Shown: in pieces, positions 1-8,681 of the stretch
Position numbering within the stretch: position 1 is the stretch's first letter
Layout: each line of letters begins with the position of its first letter
NCBI GenBank assembly: GCA_965648935.1
Contig: CBFGIY010000002.1
Location: 28,505 to 69,776, forward strand
Reading direction: 5' to 3'
Length of the DNA: 41,272 nt
Source: a candidate division WOR-3 bacterium
Lineage (GTDB): Bacteria > Hydrothermota > Tepidihabitantia > Tepidihabitantales > Tepidihabitantaceae
Translations under genes and position numbers: made by a program
Notes under the pieces: generated by a model
What the model was told of the DNA's origin: nothing
Databases searched by the model: none
The model's input: the letters and a program-made list of their open reading frames with translations, nothing else

Positions 1-41
1 GGTATGAAGGGCCCGCCCCGCGTTTCTATTCGACGTCGCTA

Positions 42-1175
42 CTATTTCATCGCCTCCGCCTTGGCCCAAGTTCGATCAATCCGGAACTCATCAAGGGGAA
101 GCGCAGTTGAGCCGCAATCCATCATTTCAGCCATAAGGCTGCCCAGCGCGGGTGCGAACATGAAGCCGTGTCCACTCATGCCGCTGGAAACATAGTAGCC
201 GCGCACTGGCGTGGCGCTGCATATCGGGTTGCCATCCGGGGTCATTTCGTATGAACCGGCCCACTGCCGCAGCACCTTTACGCCGGCGAGTCGCGGGACA
301 AGTCGCACCATGCGCCGCGGCATCTCGGTGATGAACTCATCACTCGAATCAACCCTGTGTCCTGGAACAATCGGGACCGGTGTGTAGCAGCCCAGGAAGT
401 GTCCTGTCCCGATGTGCTGGACGAAATAGCACCCATCAGCGCGATAGTCCACCAGCATCGGACTGAACACCCGTTCAACCGCCTCGGTCACGATGGACTC
501 GTGCCGGTCAGGTTTGACTGGTACTGCCACTCCCGCGAGCGCGCCTACCGACTCGGCCCAGGGCCCGGCTGCATTGAGCACCTGGTCGCAAAAAATCTCG
601 TCACCGTTGTGCGTTGTCACCGAAACGACGCGGTCCCCACGGCAGGTGATCCGCTTAACCTCGGCCTGAACGCAGAGCCGGGACCCGAGCCTCTGCATTG
701 CCTCGATGTACCCGAAGGTTACCTTGAACGGATTGGCCTGACCATCCGTCGGACAGTAAGCCCCGCCTAGCAGACCGTCAGTATTGAGCCCTGGGGCGAT
801 CTCGGAGCATGTTTCGGGCGAAACGAAATCAACCTTCAGGCCGTAGCCAGTCTGGATGCGAATCGCGTCGAGGAAAGCAGCACGCCGCGCCTCATCGAAC
901 GCGAGGAACAGGTAGCCGCCCTGGTACCACTCCACGTCCTGCCCGAGTTCTTCGCTAAGTTCGGCGAACATCCTGACGCTCGACAGCATCACACGAATGG
1001 TCAGGTCGTGGGAAAACTGCGCTCGGATACCGCCGATACAGCGACCGGTCGATCCAGAACAGGGCCAGTCTCGCTCCAACAACAACACCCTGCGCCCGCG
1101 CTTCGTCAAGTAATAGGCGGTCGCCGCGCCGATGACTCCGGCCCCGATGACAACCACATCGGCGGTCCTATTCAC
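42..1175 (-). CDS. FAD-dependent amino-acid oxidoreductase (DAO family; sarcosine oxidase/proline dehydrogenase beta-subunit-like)
   Basis: VVVIGAGVIG Rossmann motif, GSTGRCIGGIR, TPDGNPI and GMSGHGFMFAP motifs. Start reassigned to GTG 1175 behind AAGGAG, overlapping the upstream stop. Confidence 0.85.
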   Translation of the reverse strand: MNRTADVVVIGAGVIGAATAYYLTKRGRRVLLLERDWPCSGSTGRCIGGIRAQFSHDLTIRVMLSSVRMFAELSEELGQDVEWYQGGYLFLAFDEARRAAFLDAIRIQTGYGLKVDFVSPETCSEIAPGLNTDGLLGGAYCPTDGQANPFKVTFGYIEAMQRLGSRLCVQAEVKRITCRGDRVVSVTTHNGDEIFCDQVLNAAGPWAESVGALAGVAVPVKPDRHESIVTEAVERVFSPMLVDYRADGCYFVQHIGTGHFLGCYTPVPIVPGHRVDSSDEFITEMPRRMVRLVPRLAGVKVLRQWAGSYEMTPDGNPICSATPVRGYYVSSGMSGHGFMFAPALGSLMAEMMDCGSTALPLDEFRIDRTWAKAEAMK

Positions 1176-1488
1176 GTTCACTCCTTCCGAGCAGGCCCAA
1201 TGGAAGTGGCTTGAGCGGCGGCCGGACGGCCGGAAACCGCTGCTCTGCCGCGCTCTTGCCGGTCTCCTGCTGTATGAGCCGCGCAATCAAACGCAGACAG
1301 CCGCGGCCCTGGCAATGTCCCATACCAGTGCGCAACACGCGCTTGATCTCCTCCAAAGAGTGATAGCCTAGGCGTATCGCGTTGCGCACTTCCGCCTCTG
1401 TCACCTCTTCGCACCGGCACACAACTGCGTCCGCCTGGACGCGTCCTGTCCTGCGAATACGTGCCCGGGCCGTAGCTTTCTTCTTCAT
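1168..1488 (-). CDS. BFD-like [2Fe-2S]-binding protein (SoxA/proline dehydrogenase alpha C-terminal-like)
   Basis: VCRCEEVT...GMGHCQGRGC...RPPLKP motifs; ATGA overlap with the sppA stop. Confidence 0.85.
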   Translation of the reverse strand: MKKKATARARIRRTGRVQADAVVCRCEEVTEAEVRNAIRLGYHSLEEIKRVLRTGMGHCQGRGCLRLIARLIQQETGKSAAEQRFPAVRPPLKPLPLGLLGRSERE

Positions 1489-3701
1489 CTCAGCAGCTCC
1501 TCCAGCACTCGCATAGTCAGCGCGTCACGCAGCGCTACCAACCCGAGGTCTCGACGGGGGTAGACAATGTACTCACACTCTCCTAATCCTGCCATCCCAC
1601 GGGCACAGTCCAGCGCAGCCCGCAGGCCGCCCAGCGAGTCGACCAAGCCAACCCGCAGTGCGTCAGCGCCTGACCAGATACGTCCCTGTCCGACCGAGTC
1701 AACAGCGCCTTGACTCATTCCGCGACCGATAGCCACCTTCTCGACAAACTGCTGATACCACCAGTCAAGCTGGGCTTGGATGGTCGAATCCTCGTCCAGT
1801 GTGTAGCGACGCAGGCCGAGCTGCGCATCGGCCCGCTCACCACGCTTGACCACTTCGCGCCTGGCGCCAAGCTTGTTGAACAGGCCCTCCGTGACAAGCC
1901 CCAGACCGAAGATGCCTATCGACCCGGTCAGCGTCGTCCGTGAAGCAAACACCCTTCGGGCGTTGCAGGCGATGTAGAAACCGCCAGATGCCGCAACCGA
2001 ACCCATCGATACGACCAGCGGCTTCTGCTTTCTAAGCAGCTCGAGCTCGCGCCAGACAATGTCAGACGCGAAACCATCGCCGCCGGGCGAATCGATGCGT
2101 AGCACGACTGCTTTCACTCGTCGGTCCTTGCGCACAGCGGCAATGGCTCCCGCGAGCGTCTCAGAACCGAGCCGTTGCCTTCCCGTGATGAAGCTTGTAC
2201 CCGACCTGCCAGTCGTGATGTCTCCAACAGCGTAGACGACAGCCACAGCCGGCATCTCGCCCCAATGGTCGGGATGGCTGTCGTGCCGACTGTAGTCAGC
2301 TTCTTTCAGCCGAATCGCCCGACCGAAGACACGTTTCGCCTCAGCGGCGACCTCATCGTAGTAGAGCAGTGTGTCAACCAACCCTGCAGCCTCTGCCTCA
2401 CCGGCGCGAAACCAGGCCACCGTGACAAGTGAATCGACCCAGCCTGTCGTGTTTCGCCGACCGGCCGCTACGTCGTCCCGAAATGCGCCATACACCGCGT
2501 CAATGTACTCACCAAGCTGCTCACGACTTGCCGGCGACATCGAATCCTCGGTGAACATCTCTATTGCAGACTTGTAGCGGCCATGCCTGTGGGTCTGCAC
2601 TTCAAGCCCGAGTTTCTCGAGCGATCCTTTGAGAAACAAGGATTGCGCCGCGTAGCCGGGAATATCGACGCCGCCCAGTGGGTGACAAGCAATCCGGTCT
2701 GCGACCGAAGCAAGGTAGTAGTCATTCATTCCCAGGCCCGGTGAGTAGACCAGGACCCTTTTGCCCGTGGAGCGGAACTGCTCCAAGGCAGCCCTCACCT
2801 CCTCGGCTTGAGCCATACTCATCTGCGGCATGTCCAGCCAGAGCAGCAGTCCGATTACCGACCGATCTCTTCGGGCACGCTCCAGCATCCCGACGATATC
2901 CGACAGCTGGCGAGTCTTCGCGCCGAATGACAGACTCGGTTTCTGCTCTACGATCCGGCCGGAAAGCTTCATCTCAAGGTAACGCGGCATGCCCGGCAGC
3001 AGACTCGGCCGGTCGGGCGACCGCACCCGGAAGTACAGACCGCTTTCACCGAGCCGGGAGTGCCCCGGCGCAACCGACCCGAGCCAGCCCAAGCCGGCGT
3101 TCTTGCCGGACAGCTCCGCGCCCGCAGTCCAGCGCGTCTCACGCAGGCTCGCACCCGGCGCGGCCGCGATAGCGACCGAAACGCCGTCAAACGGCCTGGC
3201 CTGTATGCCAAGGACACCCGTCACCGGTCGGATCAGAGCAGCGTCGGCGAAGATTGTGACGCGTTCAGTGAAAGGCCGCACCGCAACGCTGGCCTGCACA
3301 TGCGAGCCCTGCCCACCAACTGACTTGAGGACTGCGCCAACCGAGACCCAGCGCACCGGTCGCACCAGCGTTCCGAGATCGAACTTCGAACCTGTGCTGT
3401 CCCCGGCAAGGCGCGCACCCAAGTAGACGCCGCGGCTGCCCAGGCCAGCCGCAAGACCGTAGCCGGCCGGCCCCGGCTCCAAGTATGCACCAACCGGTCC
3501 GGCTGCGGCGAGCAGGGAGTGATTGCGCCAGGACTCACGCACGAGCCCCCCCTGGAAGCTGTACAGCCAGGCGAAGTCGAGTCCGCGGTTAGCGCCCAGG
3601 GCGGCCGGATTCATCACAGTGCTGAATGCGCCATCGCTGCAGGCAACGGAAACGGGCGGCAACGGCAGCACCGCAAAGAGCAGCAGGAGCGAGAGCATCA
3701 C
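1485..3701 (-). CDS. sppA: Signal peptide peptidase SppA (protease IV, S49) with an extra ~235-aa N-terminal domain
   Basis: Tandem S49 domains: YYLASVAD, GRYKSA (Lys), LRIDSPGG, SMGSVAASGGFY (Ser), TGSIG, QGRIWSG; N-terminal signal peptide. Confidence 0.9.
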   Translation of the reverse strand: MMLSLLLLFAVLPLPPVSVACSDGAFSTVMNPAALGANRGLDFAWLYSFQGGLVRESWRNHSLLAAAGPVGAYLEPGPAGYGLAAGLGSRGVYLGARLAGDSTGSKFDLGTLVRPVRWVSVGAVLKSVGGQGSHVQASVAVRPFTERVTIFADAALIRPVTGVLGIQARPFDGVSVAIAAAPGASLRETRWTAGAELSGKNAGLGWLGSVAPGHSRLGESGLYFRVRSPDRPSLLPGMPRYLEMKLSGRIVEQKPSLSFGAKTRQLSDIVGMLERARRDRSVIGLLLWLDMPQMSMAQAEEVRAALEQFRSTGKRVLVYSPGLGMNDYYLASVADRIACHPLGGVDIPGYAAQSLFLKGSLEKLGLEVQTHRHGRYKSAIEMFTEDSMSPASREQLGEYIDAVYGAFRDDVAAGRRNTTGWVDSLVTVAWFRAGEAEAAGLVDTLLYYDEVAAEAKRVFGRAIRLKEADYSRHDSHPDHWGEMPAVAVVYAVGDITTGRSGTSFITGRQRLGSETLAGAIAAVRKDRRVKAVVLRIDSPGGDGFASDIVWRELELLRKQKPLVVSMGSVAASGGFYIACNARRVFASRTTLTGSIGIFGLGLVTEGLFNKLGARREVVKRGERADAQLGLRRYTLDEDSTIQAQLDWWYQQFVEKVAIGRGMSQGAVDSVGQGRIWSGADALRVGLVDSLGGLRAALDCARGMAGLGECEYIVYPRRDLGLVALRDALTMRVLEELLR

Positions 3702-4216
3702 TTGTCGCGCCGGACGCGGATTCCGCGAACAGTGTTACATAGCCGCTTCGGCACCTTGACCGTCACGACGGCGCACCGGTTCTGCGCCCTGGTATCCTGC
3801 ACCTTGAGAACCTCTCCCTGGCCGACGCGGGTACCTGAGCGGTCAACAAGCCCGACTCGCGCGCCAACCGCGGGCCGCGGCAGCATCTCCCAAGGAAGAG
3901 TCACGGTCGAATGAGACTCTGACCAGTCACGATGAACCACGAAGATCGCCAGACCAGGGCACTTCGCGATGCAGACCGTGCAACCATTGCACTTGTCGAA
4001 GTCCACCTTCGGGGCATCGGTCAGCTTGCCATCAATTGTAATTGCCTTGCGCGGGCAGGCGTAAGCACAAGGGTTGCAGGGGATGTCCTCGATGCATTCA
4101 ACGACCACTACGGGACCCTTTGTCATACGCTCAGTCGAGGGCAGCGCGCCACGCCGCGCCAGTTCACGCTCACTCAGGACTCCGGACCGCTGGTGCTCAG
4201 GCAGTCGCCCAGCCAA
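3698..4216 (-). CDS. 4Fe-4S dicluster protein (proline/sarcosine dehydrogenase-cluster type)
   Basis: ECIEDIPCNPCAYACP and CNGCTVCIAKCPG. Start reassigned to TTG 4216 after GGAGG; the longer ORF overlaps the lyase gene. Confidence 0.82.
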   Translation of the reverse strand: MAGRLPEHQRSGVLSERELARRGALPSTERMTKGPVVVVECIEDIPCNPCAYACPRKAITIDGKLTDAPKVDFDKCNGCTVCIAKCPGLAIFVVHRDWSESHSTVTLPWEMLPRPAVGARVGLVDRSGTRVGQGEVLKVQDTRAQNRCAVVTVKVPKRLCNTVRGIRVRRDK

Positions 4217-4217
4217 G

Positions 4218-5750
4218 CTACACCTCCTCCAGTCGAAAACGGCTGACAAAGTGCCGCATCGGCAGCTCTGCACCATACTCGATGCGCGCCGCGGGCAGAC
4301 GATCGCGCCGCTTGTAGAGCAGACCGATTGCCTCAGCCAGGGCGGCGAAGTCGACATCCTCGTAGCAAAGCCGCGGCACAGCAGCCCTGACATTGTTGAC
4401 GCGCGGGTCAGGCGCGATTTCGCGGTCGCCTTCGCGCCTGCCGAAAGCATATAGCCCGAGTTCGCAGAGCCGATGCCCGGCGACTAGCAGAAGCCCGGTG
4501 AGGCCGATGCCGGGGAAATCTGTATCCTGCAGCCGGGTCCCGGCGAAGAATCGGTCCAAGTCAAGGTAGACGGCATGCCCGCCATAGGGTTTGACCGTGA
4601 CGTCTGCACCACAGGCTCGGTCTACTGCCGCGCCGAAACGCGCGACTTGGCCGACGCGGTAAGCAAGATAGTCCTCCCGCACCACGGTCCTCAGTCCCTC
4701 GACGAGTGCTTTGAGATCCCGGCCGGCCAGACCACCATAGGTCGGGTGGCCTTCGACAAGGACCTGGTGTCCGGTCAGCATTGCGGGCAGGTCAGGGTAG
4801 CGCCGCACAAGCTCGCCGTCTTCTCGAACGACCAGCGCGCCGCCCATGTTGCCCAGGCCATCCTTCTTCAGACTGATATGAAACCCGTCCACCGCCTCAA
4901 ACATCGCATGGACCACTTGCGGCACTGTCATTCCTCGACACGCCTGCTCGTGCTGCGTGATGAACCAGGCGTTCTCGGCGAACCGACAGGCGTCAAGCAT
5001 CAGCGGGATCCCGTGGGTACGGCAGATGCTCGAGACCGCACGGATGCTGGCGAGCGACACCGGCTGGCCACCGCCGGTGTTGTTGGTCACGGTCAGGTAG
5101 ACCAGCGGCACGCGGGAGCGCGTCGCCGGGTCGGCCAGCATCGCCGCCAGCGCATCGACGTCGGCATCGCCCTTGAATCGCTCCGACTGATCCTTGGCCC
5201 GCGCCGCTGCACAGAAAAGGTTCCGCGCTTCGAATCGGTTATCCTCGAGGTTCGCCTGGGTCGTATCGAAGTGACCGTTTGACGGGATGATGTAATACGG
5301 CTTGCCGTCCTGGGTCGACCGCCCGCGTGAGCCGAGGATTCGGCCGAGACAGGTGAACAGCCCGTGTTCTGCGGCCCGCCCCTGGTGGAAGATGAACGTG
5401 TTCTCAGCCTGGCCGCGGTTCTCATAGCCGGGACCGAAGGTGTCTACGACCTGTCGCTTGAACTCGAAGTAGCCCTCATTTGAACCGTACGACTCATCGC
5501 CCAGCAGCAATTGCGACCATTGACGCATCGTCATCGTCGTTGTGCCTGAGTCGGTCAGCAGATCGCAGCCGGGCAGCATCGCGGCCGGGAACCGGAAGAC
5601 GTTCCAGCCGACCGATTCGGCGATGCGCAGCCGCTCGGCGGTCGAGCGGGCGGCCGGCTCGCGAAACGACACGGTCGAATTGCGATAGGGCCTCGGCGTG
5701 ACAGCCAAGCGGTCCAGGGACTCAGCCCATTCGGTAGGGTTGTATGGCAC
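4218..5750 (-). CDS. tnaA: PLP-dependent beta-eliminating lyase, tryptophanase-like
   Basis: DLLTDSGT, HQGRAAE, HFDTT, TNNTGGGQPVS, DACRFAENAWFI, SLKKD (PLP Lys), PTYGGLAGRD. C-terminal RHF resembles tryptophanase rather than the RFF of tyrosine phenol-lyase. Confidence 0.75.
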   Translation of the reverse strand: MPYNPTEWAESLDRLAVTPRPYRNSTVSFREPAARSTAERLRIAESVGWNVFRFPAAMLPGCDLLTDSGTTTMTMRQWSQLLLGDESYGSNEGYFEFKRQVVDTFGPGYENRGQAENTFIFHQGRAAEHGLFTCLGRILGSRGRSTQDGKPYYIIPSNGHFDTTQANLEDNRFEARNLFCAAARAKDQSERFKGDADVDALAAMLADPATRSRVPLVYLTVTNNTGGGQPVSLASIRAVSSICRTHGIPLMLDACRFAENAWFITQHEQACRGMTVPQVVHAMFEAVDGFHISLKKDGLGNMGGALVVREDGELVRRYPDLPAMLTGHQVLVEGHPTYGGLAGRDLKALVEGLRTVVREDYLAYRVGQVARFGAAVDRACGADVTVKPYGGHAVYLDLDRFFAGTRLQDTDFPGIGLTGLLLVAGHRLCELGLYAFGRREGDREIAPDPRVNNVRAAVPRLCYEDVDFAALAEAIGLLYKRRDRLPAARIEYGAELPMRHFVSRFRLEEV

Positions 5751-5755
5751 GCGCG

Positions 5756-5783
5756 ATTATAGAAACCGGTAGCGGCCAGTCAA
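5756..5783 (-). promoter_or_regulatory. sigma70-like promoter for the lyase operon (probably leaderless)
   Basis: TTGACT-16 nt-TATAAT, GTG start 5 nt downstream, no SD. Confidence 0.7.
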
Positions 5784-5806
5784 CGCCGGCCCGGCCGACA
5801 CGCTCG

Positions 5807-5834
5807 TTGACCCGCGCCGCCGAGAGGCTAGAAT
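5807..5834 (+). promoter_or_regulatory. sigma70-like promoter for the carboxypeptidase
   Basis: TTGACC-16 nt-TAGAAT; divergent from the lyase promoter. Confidence 0.65.
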
Positions 5835-5872
5835 GACTCGTGTCGGCTCAGCCGCCGTCCAAAGGAGGACAC

Positions 5873-7744
5873 TTGAGAAAGCTCTCTGCGATTGTTGCCG
5901 TCCTGCTCGCAGTTGGTTCGGCCTCGGCGCTCGACCGTAACGGCCCGATAGTGGAGGCCAGGGTCTACTTCGACAACACCAACACCCTCGCCTTGCTCGG
6001 CGACCTCGCCGGCGAGCTTGACGTCTGCACTTGGCAGGAGGACGAGACTGGCGGCTGGCTTGTCATCAACACCGATCAGGCCCAGCTTGATGCGATCGGC
6101 GCATCCGGGCTGCACGCCGAGGTGATATGGACCGACGTGCGCGACAAGTTCCGCGCCGTAACCGGCGTTGACCCATTTGACATCGATGCGGGTCGGGACT
6201 TCGGCTACTTCTTCACCTACTACGAGATGGCCGACACGCTCGACCGGCTCGCCGCCAACTACCCGGACCTCTGCATCAAAGCGTCGGCCGGGCTGTCGTT
6301 CCAGGGCCGCGAGCTTTGGTACCTCAAGATATCCGACAACCCGGGCGTGGCCGAGAATGAGCCGGCCTGCTTCTTCAACGGCGCCACCCACGCGCGCGAA
6401 CCGATGGGCACGCACGCCTGCATCCACTTCGCCGACCACATCCTGCGCAACTACGGAATCGACCCTGTCGCCACCTGGCTGATCGAGAACCGTGAGATTT
6501 ACATCCTGCCGGTGATGAACCCGGACGGCTACGTCTACAACTCCGATTCGGGCGGCGCATCCTCGAACTGGCGCAAGAACCGCCGCGGCCCGGTGCCGCC
6601 GGCCATTGGCATAGACCTCAACCGCAACTACGGCTACAAGTGGGGCTTTGACAACCAGGGTTCGTCCAGTACGCCTTCAGCCGAAACCTACCGCGGCCCG
6701 GAGCGTTTCTCCGAACCAGAGACCCAGGTCGCTCGCGACTTGATGACAGTCAATCGGTTCCGTACCCAGATGGACTTCCACTCCTACGGCCGCGACAATC
6801 TTTATACATGGGGCTACGCCAGCACCCAGCCGCCCGACCAGCAGGTCCTGCGCGAGGCAGTCGACACCTTCCGGATGTACAACAACTACCCGGCCAACCG
6901 CACCGGCCAGGTCAACACCACCATCTACGCCTGCAACGGTCTCTCAGTCGACTGGGAGTACTCCGATACTGCGGGCAAGTTCGTTACCTACGCCTACACT
7001 TGCGAACTCGACAGCGTTGACTTCTGGCACGGCTGGAGCGACTCTGTCGCCATCCGCATCGAATGTGTCCGCAACCGACCGGTTCTTTACTACCTTGCCC
7101 GCATCGCGGGCGTGTACTTCGAACCGGTCGCTGTCACGCTCGTTGACCAGTCGGGCAACGGCCGGCTCGAGCCGGGCGAGACTGCGGGCGCGTGGTTCAC
7201 GATTCGGAACCGCGCAACCCACCCGGTCGATTCAGCCTACTCGATAACCGCAACGCTGCGCTCGGGCCACCCCCAGCTCGTCGTGACCGACTCGGTCAAA
7301 CCTTTCCCCAACTTCGCACGGCGGTCACAGGGCAGCAATCAGTCATCGCAGTTTGCCATCGCGGCCGACCCGGCCATACCGCCGAACACTGTCGTGCCGC
7401 TTCAGCTTGTGCTTACCTACTATGACGACGGCAATACCTGCATTCAGGCTGTGGACTTCTCGATAGTCATCGACACCCCCTCTGCCGTGGCAGAGCCGCG
7501 CGGCGCGCACCCGCTCGCCGCGCTCTCGGCACTGCCCAATCCGGCCCGTGACAGAGTCTGCTTTGGCACCAACGGCCTGACCGCTGGCCGGGTCGATGTC
7601 TACTCGGGTGCAGGCACGCGCGTCGCAACGGTGAACTTGGGCCGAGACGCGACCTGGGATTGCTCGAAAGTACCGGCCGGCATCTACTACTGCCGCCTCG
7701 CCGGCTCAACGCTCGCCCCGACCCGGGTCACGGTTACGCGCTAA
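5873..7744 (+). CDS. Secreted M14 zinc carboxypeptidase (carboxypeptidase T-like) with T9SS-like C-terminal domain
   Basis: HARE, NPDGY, WRKNRR, DLNRNY, DFHSYG, YTCEL motifs; signal peptide after TTG 5873 (SD AAGGAGG); C-terminal LPNP...AGIYYCRL. Confidence 0.88.
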   Translation: MRKLSAIVAVLLAVGSASALDRNGPIVEARVYFDNTNTLALLGDLAGELDVCTWQEDETGGWLVINTDQAQLDAIGASGLHAEVIWTDVRDKFRAVTGVDPFDIDAGRDFGYFFTYYEMADTLDRLAANYPDLCIKASAGLSFQGRELWYLKISDNPGVAENEPACFFNGATHAREPMGTHACIHFADHILRNYGIDPVATWLIENREIYILPVMNPDGYVYNSDSGGASSNWRKNRRGPVPPAIGIDLNRNYGYKWGFDNQGSSSTPSAETYRGPERFSEPETQVARDLMTVNRFRTQMDFHSYGRDNLYTWGYASTQPPDQQVLREAVDTFRMYNNYPANRTGQVNTTIYACNGLSVDWEYSDTAGKFVTYAYTCELDSVDFWHGWSDSVAIRIECVRNRPVLYYLARIAGVYFEPVAVTLVDQSGNGRLEPGETAGAWFTIRNRATHPVDSAYSITATLRSGHPQLVVTDSVKPFPNFARRSQGSNQSSQFAIAADPAIPPNTVVPLQLVLTYYDDGNTCIQAVDFSIVIDTPSAVAEPRGAHPLAALSALPNPARDRVCFGTNGLTAGRVDVYSGAGTRVATVNLGRDATWDCSKVPAGIYYCRLAGSTLAPTRVTVTR

Positions 7745-7762
7745 GCAGGAACACTCCGCACA

Positions 7763-7795
7763 AGAGGCCGCCTTCAGGCGGCCTCTCTTCTTCTC
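7763..7795 (+). terminator. Probable intrinsic terminator
   Basis: AGAGGCCGCC-TTCA-GGCGGCCTCT hairpin followed by a pyrimidine tract. Confidence 0.7.
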
Positions 7796-7798
7796 CAG

Positions 7799-7826
7799 TT
7801 GACTGCGGCGCCAACCCGCCTATTCT
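7799..7826 (+). promoter_or_regulatory. sigma70-like promoter (probably leaderless) for the CPBP gene
   Basis: TTGACT-16 nt-TATTCT, in-frame GTG 5 nt downstream. Confidence 0.6.
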
Positions 7827-7831
7827 CGGCC

Positions 7832-8515
7832 GTGGCCTACCTTCGCGACCTCATCTCCGAAACGCGTCGCATGCTGTCAGCCGCACCCGACGCGCTGCTC
7901 GTGGCCTCGGTCGCCGCGCTCGCATTCATCCTCGGCCACTACCTGCGCATTCGGCCCGGCTGGCTTGCGCCCGGCTGGCGCGAGGCCGCGTTCTACCTCG
8001 GCCGCGGCATCATCTACCTCGTCGTGCCACTGCTCTCCCTGCCGATCCTTCGTTTCTCCCCACGCTCTGTCGGCTTTTCGCTGCGCTCACCCGGCCGCTG
8101 GTTGCGCGACATCGGCCTGCTCTACGCCCTGATGCTGCCGCTTGTGATCTGGGCCGCTTCCCAGCCCAGCTTCCAGCGCGCCTACCCCTACTTCGGGTTT
8201 GCCCGGCTCGGACTCTGGCCATTCGTCGCCGGGCTCGCGGTGCGCCTCGCCGGGATGTTCTGCTGGGAGTTCATCTTGCGCGGCTACCTGCTCTTCGCGC
8301 TGGAACGCCGCATCGGCGCTGCCCCAGCAGTAGCAGTACAGACGATACCATTCGCCATTCTCCACTTCGGCAAACCCCTGCCTGAGGCCCTCGGCTCGAT
8401 AGTCGCCGGAATCTCGCTCGGAATTCTAGCCTTGCGCAGCCGTTCATTCATCCCCGGCGCGCTTCTCCACTTCGCGGTCGCGGCCACACTCGACTTGCTT
8501 GCCCTGTTGTCCTGA
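7832..8515 (+). CDS. CPBP (CAAX/Abi) family intramembrane metalloprotease
   Basis: Multi-TM protein with WEFILRG, FAILHFGKP and LLHF motifs; start reassigned to GTG 7832. Confidence 0.82.
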   Translation: MAYLRDLISETRRMLSAAPDALLVASVAALAFILGHYLRIRPGWLAPGWREAAFYLGRGIIYLVVPLLSLPILRFSPRSVGFSLRSPGRWLRDIGLLYALMLPLVIWAASQPSFQRAYPYFGFARLGLWPFVAGLAVRLAGMFCWEFILRGYLLFALERRIGAAPAVAVQTIPFAILHFGKPLPEALGSIVAGISLGILALRSRSFIPGALLHFAVAATLDLLALLS

Positions 8516-8574
8516 GAAGGAACGGCAACTGAATCCGGCTCGCCAATTCTGTCGTCCAAAAGACACACGTGCTA

Positions 8575-8603
8575 TTGACAATGCGCTGAATCGCCACTAA
8601 GTT
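8575..8603 (+). promoter_or_regulatory. sigma70-like promoter
   Basis: TTGACA-17 nt-TAAGTT upstream of a leader with SD AAGGAGG. Confidence 0.5.
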
Positions 8604-8681
8604 TTCAAAGATGCGAAGGTCAAGAACTCACAGTAACAGAGGTGGCCAGAGCCCGCAAGCAAGAACAACAAAGGAGGCATT

